Source: Nitrospira sp.
GTDB lineage: Bacteria > Nitrospirota > Nitrospiria > Nitrospirales > Nitrospiraceae
Reading direction: 5' to 3'
Assembly (NCBI GenBank): GCA_047150005.1
Contig: AP038806.1
Coordinates: 160,001-224,000, forward strand
DNA: 64,000 nt
Of the stretch, positions 19,577-29,075 are shown piece by piece. Below the pieces are notes generated by a model. That model made no database searches. It was not told the origin of the DNA and saw nothing but the letters and a program-made list of their open reading frames with translations. Made by a program: the position numbers and the translations under genes. The first letter of the stretch is position 1; every line of letters starts with the position of its first letter.

Positions 19577-20824
19577 TCATATCGCACATTCTTCATTGAG
19601 AGTTTGTCCCTTGTTATCATTAGAATCCGGGTTTCCATTTTTTAACTTGGTCGATATAACTTCACGATATGCCTGAAGTAACTTCAACCCGGCTACATTC
19701 CATGTGATTCCTGGTGCCGTACTCAATCCCTTGGCACGCAGCCTATCCAAAAGCGCGCGATCTTCATGGATCATGGTAATGTGACTTGTAAGGGTCTTAA
19801 CATCCCCGACATGATGCACCAATGCATTTTCCATATGCCGGCAAATGTCTGTACAAGCGTCGGAAACCAGGGGTACACACCCACTTCCCATCGCTTCCGT
19901 GCAGACCAATCCGAATCCTTCCTCTATGCTGGGTAAAACCAAAATATCACTTTTTCTCATCAGTTCCGGAACGTCGGTTCGATGTCCTAGAACCTGGACG
20001 CTGGGATGATTCAGCATCGGGGCTAATTTTTCGTAGTAGGTAGTAACAAAGTCTCCTGCAATTAAGAACGTGCCGTTTTGAGAGGCTGGGGAGTTCAACC
20101 ACGCCTCTAGAGCATAGTGTAAGCCCTTTCTCACTGCGCACACACCGACAGAGATCATAGTCAATCCCCGGTCTCTCGGTCGCGCTTCTTTGTCGGGATA
20201 AAAACACTTCTCATCATACCCATATATATGCCGGACGAGCTTTTTGCGTTTAAATCCTTGGTCAAGAAAGGTTTGCACTACAAACTCAGATGGACACAAG
20301 AGAGAATCGGTCAATTCATACTCAATTTCCTCCTTGGCAAGGACATCTGCTTTATAGGCGTGCTCATGGTCAGGCGGCAAGCTCACTCCCAAGCGATTGC
20401 ATTCTTGTTGCACGACCTCATAGGCGAATCGGGTATGTGCATTGGGTCTTTCCAGAACAGTGGGGATGCCCAACATCGCAGCGGTTCTTAACGTGCGCAA
20501 TGCGCCTAGTGGCCAGGTATGGATGATATCGATCTGCCCTGCGAGTTTCTCAATTCTACGAGATACAATGTAGTCGTGGAGTGCAAAAGCTCGCATAGAC
20601 CCCAATAGTCTGTAGGGGATTCGAAACCTCCCCCGGGCAAGGGTCGGTTGAACTCTGACATTGGCCGGTACTCGTCTGCTAAGGGCGCCAGGACAAACCA
20701 ACACATCAGCTCCTGCCGCGGCAAGACCATTCACCTGTTGCCAGGCTGTATAACAGATCCTGTCAGCTCCCAGCTTATGTGGAAAGCTGTACAGTACCCT
20801 AATTTGTCCGCCACTGAGATTCAT
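19577..20824 (-). CDS. Glycosyltransferase family 4
   Basis: RKG and LPSIEEGFGLVCTEAMGSG motifs. Confidence 0.9.
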   Translation of the reverse strand: MNLSGGQIRVLYSFPHKLGADRICYTAWQQVNGLAAAGADVLVCPGALSRRVPANVRVQPTLARGRFRIPYRLLGSMRAFALHDYIVSRRIEKLAGQIDIIHTWPLGALRTLRTAAMLGIPTVLERPNAHTRFAYEVVQQECNRLGVSLPPDHEHAYKADVLAKEEIEYELTDSLLCPSEFVVQTFLDQGFKRKKLVRHIYGYDEKCFYPDKEARPRDRGLTMISVGVCAVRKGLHYALEAWLNSPASQNGTFLIAGDFVTTYYEKLAPMLNHPSVQVLGHRTDVPELMRKSDILVLPSIEEGFGLVCTEAMGSGCVPLVSDACTDICRHMENALVHHVGDVKTLTSHITMIHEDRALLDRLRAKGLSTAPGITWNVAGLKLLQAYREVISTKLKNGNPDSNDNKGQTLNEECAI

Positions 20825-20873
20825 ACGCCTTCCCCATTACTCTGCTTGACAGGAACCACAGTTGGAGCGATTT

Positions 20874-21857
20874 CTATGCTCCCTCAATAACCTTACGCAA
20901 CGTCGACATCGCCAGGCTATTGTCGAAATCGAACCCTACTCTTAGATCTTCTATGTTTTGAACGGCCCTTTCCAATTCGTCAGTATTTCTTACTACTTTC
21001 GTATAACCCCGCCTTTCAAGCTCATAATGCAAATCTTCCTCCATATCGCGGGGAGTTGGAAGCTCACGATATCGGTATTCCCTCGGCATCACGATAAACC
21101 TCGTCTGATATCTGAGACACAGGGTGCCGATACCAGCACTCGCCTGATTGATGACATATTTTGCATTTAAAATGAGCTCGGCAATCTTTCCGGGAGAACA
21201 AAACTCAAACACCTCGGCATAACTGGATTTGTATTTCGTATGCCCCGCTTGAATAATGACCCTGTCTTTTATGAGTCCTTTTTCCACCAACTCTTCAACC
21301 CCTTGTAGTAATCTCGCAAAGGGTTCTTCCCTCGTCCCTACAGAGACAAATACATAGTCGGTGTTTTTGGGTTTGATAAATTCCGTTTGGCGCTTCAATA
21401 CTGGCCCGATATAAATCGCATTTGTGTTTCGGCGATCTTCCCATTGCGTGTAAATCTTATTCCCGGTTTTGAGCAAAAATGTTGCGAATAGGGAACGAGA
21501 GTTCACTCTGGAATAGGTCTCAATACAAATGAATTGTCTCCCCAATAGACGGGAGAGTAGAAATGGAACGAATGCAGTCCGGCCCGATCCGGTCGAGATC
21601 ACATGGGTTGGCTTTTCCCTAGCAAATATTTTTAACAGCGGTCTGACCTGACGCAAATAGGTCCAAGGCTTCTTAAAGTGCCCCATTTCTATGTAATATG
21701 CCGATTCTTGCCTCAGTGGACTCTCCGTCTGTTTACTTCTATTAGTGATCCAGAAATGGTTATACCGATTGTACAAATCGGATAGGTTAGTCATCTGCTC
21801 AAAATGCCCGCCGGTGGTACAAACCAAAGCGATCTTAATCTTTTCGTTTGTACCCAT
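20874..21857 (-). CDS. Fused PssD/PssE (Alg14/Alg13-like) glycosyltransferase
   Basis: N-half CTTGGHFEQM...ISTGSG...IETYSR...TQWE (Alg14/PssD); C-half VFVSVGT..PFARLL...VMPR (Alg13/PssE). Confidence 0.82.
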   Translation of the reverse strand: MGTNEKIKIALVCTTGGHFEQMTNLSDLYNRYNHFWITNRSKQTESPLRQESAYYIEMGHFKKPWTYLRQVRPLLKIFAREKPTHVISTGSGRTAFVPFLLSRLLGRQFICIETYSRVNSRSLFATFLLKTGNKIYTQWEDRRNTNAIYIGPVLKRQTEFIKPKNTDYVFVSVGTREEPFARLLQGVEELVEKGLIKDRVIIQAGHTKYKSSYAEVFEFCSPGKIAELILNAKYVINQASAGIGTLCLRYQTRFIVMPREYRYRELPTPRDMEEDLHYELERRGYTKVVRNTDELERAVQNIEDLRVGFDFDNSLAMSTLRKVIEGA

Positions 21858-21866
21858 TATTTCCTC

Positions 21867-21976
21867 TCACCTTCCCCCTGAAAACTAGACCATTGGCGCG
21901 GAAGGTTGCTTGTGCTGAAATGGGCCGCAAAGGAGGGGGCAAGACACGCAAACCGCACACGGAGGAGAAACAATCA
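21867..21976 (+). mobile_element. Degenerate left-end stump related to the 14509-16974 IS
   Basis: TCACCTTCCCCCTGAAAACTAGACCATTGGC is nearly identical to the IRL at 16974. Similarity continues to a mutated OrfA start (..CACACGGAGGA..). Confidence 0.85.
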
Positions 21977-22981
21977 CCAAATCGTACTTTTGATCTGAAA
22001 TTTGTTCTTTACTACTGTGAACAATTTATGAAGGGCGACCTTCGGATTGTGCATCTCATCAATAATCTCATCAATAGCGCCTTTCAGCACTTTTCTCCAC
22101 GGAAAAGGGTATCCAAGTTCCCTGAGCCCGGACGCGTGGAATCTCCAAAATTCCAGGCCAGCCAGATTCAATAGGTATCCACCTAGGTGCCTCCAGTACG
22201 TTGTCAATGCCTCCTTCTTAAGCATTGTGAATTCATTTTCGCCAAAATAGATCGGTCCATATTGCAATGTCTTATCCAAATCTCTGAACTCACCCATGCC
22301 GAGTTGTTTTATTCTTGCGCCCACTGATTCATGGTGACTACGTTCTGTGGAAAGGATCTCGTGCACAAATCCATAGTCACAATATTGCAGATACTTGTAT
22401 ACCGCGCTTGTATCCGCGTATGGCCGCAAATGAGGAAAGAAAGGGATGTTCTTTCTGATCAAATCTGATCGATAGAGGCTACTCGTGGTGCCTCCAAAAA
22501 CGTCCAACATATTGAGAATGCCTAATCGGCACACTTCGCGTCCTGAAATAGTCTCTACGTTGGGTGGTAGCCCCTTCCATTTCACGATGTTAGTACTCGT
22601 AAGCTGGTAACTTCCCACAATGCCCACCGAGGGATGAGCTTCTGCCAATCTGACCATTTTGCTCAAGCACTCAGGATAAAGCCAATCATCCGCTGAAACC
22701 ACTTTGCAATATTTACTCTCTTCTGAAATAAGTCGAAACGCTATGTTGTGATTTTCTATGACTCCAACGAATTGATGATTACTCACCACTTTGATTCGTT
22801 TATCCTTACCAGCATGGTGTTGTGCAATTTCAAGAGTATTGTCGGTGCTGCAATTGTTGACGATGACGTAGTCCCAATTCTGGTATGTCTGGGCCAATAC
22901 GCTTTCGATGCACACCGCAAGATACTTTTCTCCGTTGTAGACGGGAGTAACAACAGAGACAAGCGGGTCCTGCATAGTCAT
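21974..22981 (-). CDS. Glycosyltransferase family 2
   Basis: VSVVTPVYN, NNCSTDNT and SADD motifs. Confidence 0.9.
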   Translation of the reverse strand: MTMQDPLVSVVTPVYNGEKYLAVCIESVLAQTYQNWDYVIVNNCSTDNTLEIAQHHAGKDKRIKVVSNHQFVGVIENHNIAFRLISEESKYCKVVSADDWLYPECLSKMVRLAEAHPSVGIVGSYQLTSTNIVKWKGLPPNVETISGREVCRLGILNMLDVFGGTTSSLYRSDLIRKNIPFFPHLRPYADTSAVYKYLQYCDYGFVHEILSTERSHHESVGARIKQLGMGEFRDLDKTLQYGPIYFGENEFTMLKKEALTTYWRHLGGYLLNLAGLEFWRFHASGLRELGYPFPWRKVLKGAIDEIIDEMHNPKVALHKLFTVVKNKFQIKSTIW

Positions 22982-23019
22982 GATTCACGGTCTTGATACG
23001 TAACGGCTACTGACGACTG

Positions 23020-24501
23020 TTAAGCCCACGAAGACTCTGTGGCAGCATTGACCGGAGGGCTCTTCTTCAAGCTTCGAAGCAGATCCACGTAAATCGCTTT
23101 ATGTCCCATGATGTGCAAGAGCATCCAAATGTACACTATCAGCAGAATACCCCCCCCTGCGACAAGACGTGGGGCAGGAGACAGCGATTGGCCGTAGAAA
23201 TATTGGGCAACGAAGGCAACCAACGCCGCCACAATTGCCGAAAGAAAGGGTGGCCCGGATGCCTTCACGATGTCTCGCAAAGAAATTAATGTGCCATGTG
23301 TGCACCAGACGATATGTGGAACCAACCACAACGTCATGATTGCCGAATACGCGCACGCAACACCGGTGGGACCATAAGGCAATCCTAGGATGTATGCCCC
23401 AATCACTAAGGGAGCGATGACTAGGGCAATTCTCAAGCTTCGCCCCACCAATCCAATAGAATACAGAAACCAGCCAAACGGATTTATCATCGCAAAAACC
23501 AAGATTGTCGGAGTCAATAACTGGAAGATAAAGGCCGCCTCTTTCCACTTTGGCCCAAGGACAAGAAGGATGATGTCATTGGCAAACATTCCACAGGCTA
23601 CTGTAATAGGCAGGGTCAGTGCCAAGAGCATAGAATAGCCCTTCAGGAAGTAAGCTTTTAGACGACCCGGATCGTCCTGAAGCCGTGATAGAGCCGATAA
23701 GGCAACCCCTGCGCTTACTCCATTGATGTTCTCCGTTGGAACATTGATAAGTTGGTAAGCTCTTCCATACATCCCAAGAGCCTCGACTCCCCAGAATCGC
23801 CCGAGGAGGACCTTTTCAAAATTATAGGCAAAATACACGATAAGGGCATTTAGCGTAGCAGTGCCTCCAAACCGCATCATAGATCTGATCCCCACTCCGC
23901 GATGCAGCCCTCCCGGAATCCACGAGGTAGCCAGCCACGAAGAGACGGTGGAGGCAGCCGGCGCTACAATTGCCATGCACACGAGAGCCCAATATCCAAA
24001 ACCAGCGATGGCCATGCCAATTCCGACAGCAGTACTTACCAGCAAGCAAATGATTTCTATTACCGCGGCGGCGGTGAAATGCATTCGACGTTGAAGGAGA
24101 GCCGAATGCTGCACTCCCGCAGCGTTAAAGAGAAATCCGACCCCCAATGCCGCCGTCACCCAGAAAAGGCGGGGCTCCTGATAAAAAGAAACGAGGATCG
24201 GTGCAATCGCTAGCGACAGAAGCCCAAGTATCGCGCCCACGAGCATATTAATCCAAAATAACGTTGAGATCTGCTCGTTGGTGATCGTGGCTCGCTGAAC
24301 GGTGACCACTGAAAGCCCCGCATCTTTGAATAGACTGAACACTCCCGTGACAGCGGTCACCATACCTACTAGCCCGAAGTCTGCAGGTTCAAGGAGTCTG
24401 GCTAATATCATCAGCGAGCCTATGCGAAGGGAGAAAGTCACACATTGGGCACAAATTTTGGCGAAGCCCCCTCGGAGGGTTCGCTCCTTAAGATCCTTCA
24501 T
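23020..24501 (-). CDS. wzx: Wzx flippase (WzxC-like)
   Basis: LARLLEPADFGLV and GMYGRAYQL motifs; about 12-14 TM segments. Confidence 0.88.
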   Translation of the reverse strand: MKDLKERTLRGGFAKICAQCVTFSLRIGSLMILARLLEPADFGLVGMVTAVTGVFSLFKDAGLSVVTVQRATITNEQISTLFWINMLVGAILGLLSLAIAPILVSFYQEPRLFWVTAALGVGFLFNAAGVQHSALLQRRMHFTAAAVIEIICLLVSTAVGIGMAIAGFGYWALVCMAIVAPAASTVSSWLATSWIPGGLHRGVGIRSMMRFGGTATLNALIVYFAYNFEKVLLGRFWGVEALGMYGRAYQLINVPTENINGVSAGVALSALSRLQDDPGRLKAYFLKGYSMLLALTLPITVACGMFANDIILLVLGPKWKEAAFIFQLLTPTILVFAMINPFGWFLYSIGLVGRSLRIALVIAPLVIGAYILGLPYGPTGVACAYSAIMTLWLVPHIVWCTHGTLISLRDIVKASGPPFLSAIVAALVAFVAQYFYGQSLSPAPRLVAGGGILLIVYIWMLLHIMGHKAIYVDLLRSLKKSPPVNAATESSWA

Positions 24502-24539
24502 GGGGAGATCAAACTGCCTGTGGAAACGGTGCCCGGAAG

Positions 24540-26264
24540 TTATTTCGTCTTTTTAGGGTGGGGTGTAAGCTGTGCCGGAGAGCGTGTTATTAGAATGACC
24601 GAGTCTGCTCCTTCTTCTGCTGAGGCCGAGGTCCACACTGGACCCGATACATTCTGAGATGCGGAATATTCCCCAGTCCGCGGGTTAAACCATTTGACCT
24701 CATACTGCCCTGGATCAAGCCGCACAGTTACATCGCCCCCGTGTGGCAAATAAACGACATATTGGCGACCTGGCTCCGCAAGACAGAATGCTCCCCGATT
24801 CACCAGTTCATCGTGAGGGTTGGCTTTCCACCACTCGAAGCTCGTAAAGAAGTGCACCATGTGGGCATGTCCATTCAGGAGCTTCATTGTATTATCGCCG
24901 CGCCCGTTCACCCAGCCCCCACCGCTATCCGGGCTCATCCCAGTTCCTCGCTTCGCTGTTTCGCCCGTGGTTTGGTAGCCTCCGGCCATCGCGATCTCCC
25001 ATGCAACACGCCTGTTTGCCTCAGCCGAGGCAGCCGGAGCTTTGTAAGGGGCCCAATCAGGGTAATGATCCTCATACCCGTATTCCTCATTCACTTGTGG
25101 AATGATCCGTCCAGTCGCAGTCTGCTTCATACGTTGTTCTAACATCCACGCATGAATCGGCCGCTCCCAATGCTGAAAGCTCGTCATCCTAAACCAGCCT
25201 GAACTCCTGTCTTGATGGCGGTTGTCGATAGGATGACTAGTAGCCACATGATGATAGGGGTCCATTTCATACAGGAACTTTCCTGTCTCATGCGTCCATA
25301 CTTCACTTCGAAACCCATCCACATCGTCTCCTAAATCCCAAGTCAGATTGGAATAGGCCCCTAGTCTGGCAACGGCATAGCGTATGTATCGTCGTTCATC
25401 TTCCGAGCCTGAGATCGGATGGATAGGCGTATCATTCCATCCCAATATGACTGAGACAATAATGTTTTTCTCGCGTGCAAATTTCAGCATTCGTTCGAAT
25501 TTCCGCCAGTAATCAACGTTAAAACGAGTATAATCAAACCCTGGTTTAGCAATATCGTCCGGCCTTTTCGCAACCCATGGATTGAGGTGGCCACGAAAAC
25601 CTCTGCCAGGCTTGATGGGCTCGTTCCAGAAATGATCCGTTCTCCCATCCAATAGGACCCGTACACGGTTGACCTCCAAATCGTGAAAGCGACTCAGACT
25701 TTCATCGATGACCTTTTCATCTTCCCAGCCCATCAGTAGAAAAGCCGTCGTTCCATTCAAAAAGTAATGCTCGCCCGTCCCATTCCAGATGAAATGCCAC
25801 GGATACTCAGGATCCACGTCGATCATCCCACGACGCCCACCATGAACTGCTTTAAAGTTGCCAGAATGCACACGTTGCAGATTATCCTGCCAGTAGGTCA
25901 CTGTGTAGCCGTACTCCCCAGGCTCTACCGGCATAAAGCGAACACGAAAAACTGTGCCGTCGTGTGAATCGCAGAATCCTTCTACAGTTACGTTTCCGGC
26001 CTGGTGATTGTTCTTCTTTAACGTCCCGGTGACGAAAACATCCTTAAACGGATTTTTCGCAGTAGAACTTGCGACATTTATTTGAATATCCACAAAATCA
26101 TGTACCTCGATCAAGTCGGCTGATTGGGAAAATGCAATGTCAGGGAGAGATTCAACTTGTACTTTTTCAGAAACATCTGCCGATGGGTTCGAGCAGCTAC
26201 AATAGAAGCTGCCAAGTATGAGGAGCACAATGTATCGAAGGTTCCGAGACAAGCGAATTGTCAT
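24540..26264 (-). CDS. Exported DUF5060/DUF4038 glycoside hydrolase-like protein (apiosidase-like) with C-terminal collagen-binding-like domain
   Basis: Likely start MTIRLS at 26264 (ATGA overlap with upstream stop). VEGFCD..DG..FRVRFMP, NEEYGYE and WFNPRTG motifs. Signal peptide with Cys, possibly a lipoprotein. Confidence 0.72.
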   Translation of the reverse strand: MTIRLSRNLRYIVLLILGSFYCSCSNPSADVSEKVQVESLPDIAFSQSADLIEVHDFVDIQINVASSTAKNPFKDVFVTGTLKKNNHQAGNVTVEGFCDSHDGTVFRVRFMPVEPGEYGYTVTYWQDNLQRVHSGNFKAVHGGRRGMIDVDPEYPWHFIWNGTGEHYFLNGTTAFLLMGWEDEKVIDESLSRFHDLEVNRVRVLLDGRTDHFWNEPIKPGRGFRGHLNPWVAKRPDDIAKPGFDYTRFNVDYWRKFERMLKFAREKNIIVSVILGWNDTPIHPISGSEDERRYIRYAVARLGAYSNLTWDLGDDVDGFRSEVWTHETGKFLYEMDPYHHVATSHPIDNRHQDRSSGWFRMTSFQHWERPIHAWMLEQRMKQTATGRIIPQVNEEYGYEDHYPDWAPYKAPAASAEANRRVAWEIAMAGGYQTTGETAKRGTGMSPDSGGGWVNGRGDNTMKLLNGHAHMVHFFTSFEWWKANPHDELVNRGAFCLAEPGRQYVVYLPHGGDVTVRLDPGQYEVKWFNPRTGEYSASQNVSGPVWTSASAEEGADSVILITRSPAQLTPHPKKTK

Positions 26265-27379
26265 AAGATCATTCTCAACGACACCGACGCTTTTTGATGG
26301 TGAGAAGCTTTGTCCGTCCTCAATTCGGGAGTGCGGCGAGCATCTTCCGATAGTCTTTCGAGCCAAATTTCGCGCCACCAAGCATAAATGCTTCTTGGGC
26401 AAAGCATCCGGCATTCGCTATAGCGTGACCGGCACCAAACCCCCTCTAGGATGATGGAATCGTTCTTCAGTGTTATAAGTTTACCGGTCTTTTCGTCGAT
26501 AAACTTGGACAATCGGCTCTTAACGCGATATGTGCCACCACAATAGGGGACGGCCTCGGCATCGAAACTGAGACCCCGATTTTTGTTCTCTGTATTGAGC
26601 GTTGCAAGAATTTCTTTATAGGGCTTCACCCGGACAAGTTCCCCTGGCTGGAGATTTAGCGTGCACGTCGGAGAGGGTTGATCGACAGGGATGGTTCCCG
26701 ATCTTCTGGGGTATGGAACACCGCCCAGGACAGTTTGGAATCTGTCATACAGCCAACGAAGCGGACGACCTAACTTAATCCCGGCATTAATTAGATAATT
26801 GCACACTACGTAGGTAAGCCCACTGAGGAGTCGTCCCATCGTCACATTTCCAGACGTGTAATCCTCCAGATATTGGCGAATGTCCCACCAGGGTAGATCG
26901 GTGGTAAAACGTGGTAATTCCGTTGCCTGACAGATATACCTCCGCTCATCACTACTATCTGGTTCTTTCTTGTGTGTTCCCGCCCATACAACTGCCTCTG
27001 CAGGCGAAGCTGCGGTAGAGGATTGGATAGTATGTAATGGCGGTCTATCTGACGATTCTCCATCAGTTGTCCTCGTTTTGGAAACCGGGTTCAGCCATGC
27101 TTCTTTCCAAAATATCAAGCAGGCGGCCTGGCATCCACCATACGCCTCTCCGTCACACCGAAGGTCCAAGTGAACAGCATTGGTGACCCGTGCTCCTCTG
27201 ATTGGATTTACGGTATCACAGGTCTTGTGCGCTCGCTTGTACACCCTAAATCTTTGTCCACAGTATTGAAACATCTGCGGCATGAAAGGCATCCCTTCCA
27301 ATTGCCCTTTCTTATTAAGCGAGCGCAGGATGTCCTGTTTACTCCTGATCTCTACCCAATCACCGACTCTGAATTTCAT
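26261..27379 (-). CDS. Conserved hypothetical protein with two Cys-rich SH3-like repeats
   Basis: Internal repeat GDWVEIRSKQDILRSL..YCGQRFRV..CDG..C..C..FWKEAWL and GELVRVKPYKEILATL..YCGGTYRV..C..C..C..WWREIWL. Confidence 0.75.
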   Translation of the reverse strand: MKFRVGDWVEIRSKQDILRSLNKKGQLEGMPFMPQMFQYCGQRFRVYKRAHKTCDTVNPIRGARVTNAVHLDLRCDGEAYGGCQAACLIFWKEAWLNPVSKTRTTDGESSDRPPLHTIQSSTAASPAEAVVWAGTHKKEPDSSDERRYICQATELPRFTTDLPWWDIRQYLEDYTSGNVTMGRLLSGLTYVVCNYLINAGIKLGRPLRWLYDRFQTVLGGVPYPRRSGTIPVDQPSPTCTLNLQPGELVRVKPYKEILATLNTENKNRGLSFDAEAVPYCGGTYRVKSRLSKFIDEKTGKLITLKNDSIILEGVWCRSRYSECRMLCPRSIYAWWREIWLERLSEDARRTPELRTDKASHHQKASVSLRMIL

Positions 27380-27413
27380 CTGTCCTCCTTAGAAACGTGA
27401 GGCCGCAGGAGTG

Positions 27414-28100
27414 TCATGTCTTTCTCCCTCCCCATTCAATCGTCTTATCAAGGACGATCTTTCGACAATAAAAGGCCTCGGCGTATTTTTCAGGTGCGTT
27501 CGATTCGATGCCGCGCAGTCGGAGAATTGCGCGGAATGTTTCTTCGGTAAACCAGTGATGAGAACGCTGACTTTGGAAAGCCTCCATCAAGTATTTCATT
27601 TTGTTTGCACACACTTCCTCACTGAGATGAACGAACAGGTTCGGACTTCCAAGGCCTCCATCGTACTTCATGATTTCATACTCAAGAATCCAATGATCCC
27701 GGAAGGTGTTCCACGTCATTTCAGAAATCAGCCGATGATCCTGATGGAGATCGTCTCGAAAATGGGTGAAGATAACATCAGGGCTTATCCTACGCTTAAG
27801 CTCTTCAAAACACGCCTTGATCTCCGAGCCAATATAAGGGAAAAAGCTTTCCTTAAAGTCCCTCACAATAATCTCGTTTTTGACCGCGCCTCTCAGGAAT
27901 AGCCCCGCACTTCTTTCAGCCTCTAACCGTCGCTCCGGAGTTGCTGCAAACACTACCCACCACACCTCTAACTCTTGGTCCTGCTCCAACAGGTTCAAAA
28001 TAGTTCCACCGCACCCGAGCTCAATATCATCGCTATGTGCTCCCAAAAACAGCGCCTTGAGCGGCTCCCTTCTTTTGTGAACGAGCGACAGCCTTTGCAT
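27414..28100 (-). CDS. PIG-L/LmbE family deacetylase
   Basis: AHSDDIE and HQDH motifs. Confidence 0.9.
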   Translation of the reverse strand: MQRLSLVHKRREPLKALFLGAHSDDIELGCGGTILNLLEQDQELEVWWVVFAATPERRLEAERSAGLFLRGAVKNEIIVRDFKESFFPYIGSEIKACFEELKRRISPDVIFTHFRDDLHQDHRLISEMTWNTFRDHWILEYEIMKYDGGLGSPNLFVHLSEEVCANKMKYLMEAFQSQRSHHWFTEETFRAILRLRGIESNAPEKYAEAFYCRKIVLDKTIEWGGRKT

Positions 28101-28112
28101 ATGATGGTGATC

Positions 28113-28901
28113 CTACTCTTGGCCGTTGACTTTCCAGACCAGCCAAGGCGCCTTATCCTTTGAAAACAAGTCGTCCAGATACTGCTTGTCCTTAAATGTG
28201 TCCATAGCGACCCAAAATCCTTTGTGTCGGACGGTCATAAGCTTCCGTTTCTCGATAAGTCTTCTGAATGGTTCGTTGACCAACTCTTCACCATTCTTGA
28301 TATATGAAAAGATTGCCTTCCTCAGAATGAAGTACCCGCCGTTAATCCAGATGTCTGAATCTCCGATGTGCTGGATACCCGTCACTTCATCACCATTCTT
28401 CAGAGCCACAACATGAAAACTCTGTGTCGGTTTGACTGAAAGAAATGACACAATCTTGTCCTGGCGTATGAACTCATCTATGTAGCCAGGTAAATAGAGG
28501 TCTGTTAAGCCGTCTGCATAGTTGGCCAGAAAGACTTCATCTTCCCCGACATACTTTTCGACAGCCCGAAGCCTCTGTCCAATATTTGAGCTCAACCCCG
28601 TATCGACGAGCGTAATTTTCCAGTCGCTGATGTCCGAGTTAAGTAATTCCACATCACGTCCGCCATTTGTTAACACAAAATTATTTGAGACACATTCGTC
28701 ATATTGACGAAAATATTTTTTCACCACGTCTGCTTTGTGTCCCAAGCACAAAATGAAATCTTTATGTCCATAGAATGCATAGTATTTCATGATGTGCCAC
28801 AAAATGGGTCGATAGCCGATTTCAACCATCGGTTTGGGAATAGACTCGGAATATTCTCTCAATCTCGTCCCTAAGCCGCCGCAAAACAATACAACTTTCA
28901 T
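28113..28901 (-). CDS. rfbF: Glucose-1-phosphate cytidylyltransferase
   Basis: GGLGTRLRE..PKPMV, YADG, INGGYF and FWVAMDT motifs. Confidence 0.88.
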   Translation of the reverse strand: MKVVLFCGGLGTRLREYSESIPKPMVEIGYRPILWHIMKYYAFYGHKDFILCLGHKADVVKKYFRQYDECVSNNFVLTNGGRDVELLNSDISDWKITLVDTGLSSNIGQRLRAVEKYVGEDEVFLANYADGLTDLYLPGYIDEFIRQDKIVSFLSVKPTQSFHVVALKNGDEVTGIQHIGDSDIWINGGYFILRKAIFSYIKNGEELVNEPFRRLIEKRKLMTVRHKGFWVAMDTFKDKQYLDDLFSKDKAPWLVWKVNGQE

Positions 28902-29075
28902 GATTTGTCCTTTTCTGATGATAGCGAGTGACAGACGCAGTTCATCATGCCCAGTGTCGCTACATCAGACACTCGGAACCACAATACCAGGCAGGGAAGT
29001 GGCTCTATCTTTAAATGATTCGACGCGGGGAAGGAAAAGGAGGATGTCCTTATGAGAGCACGCAGCCCCTTGGAA

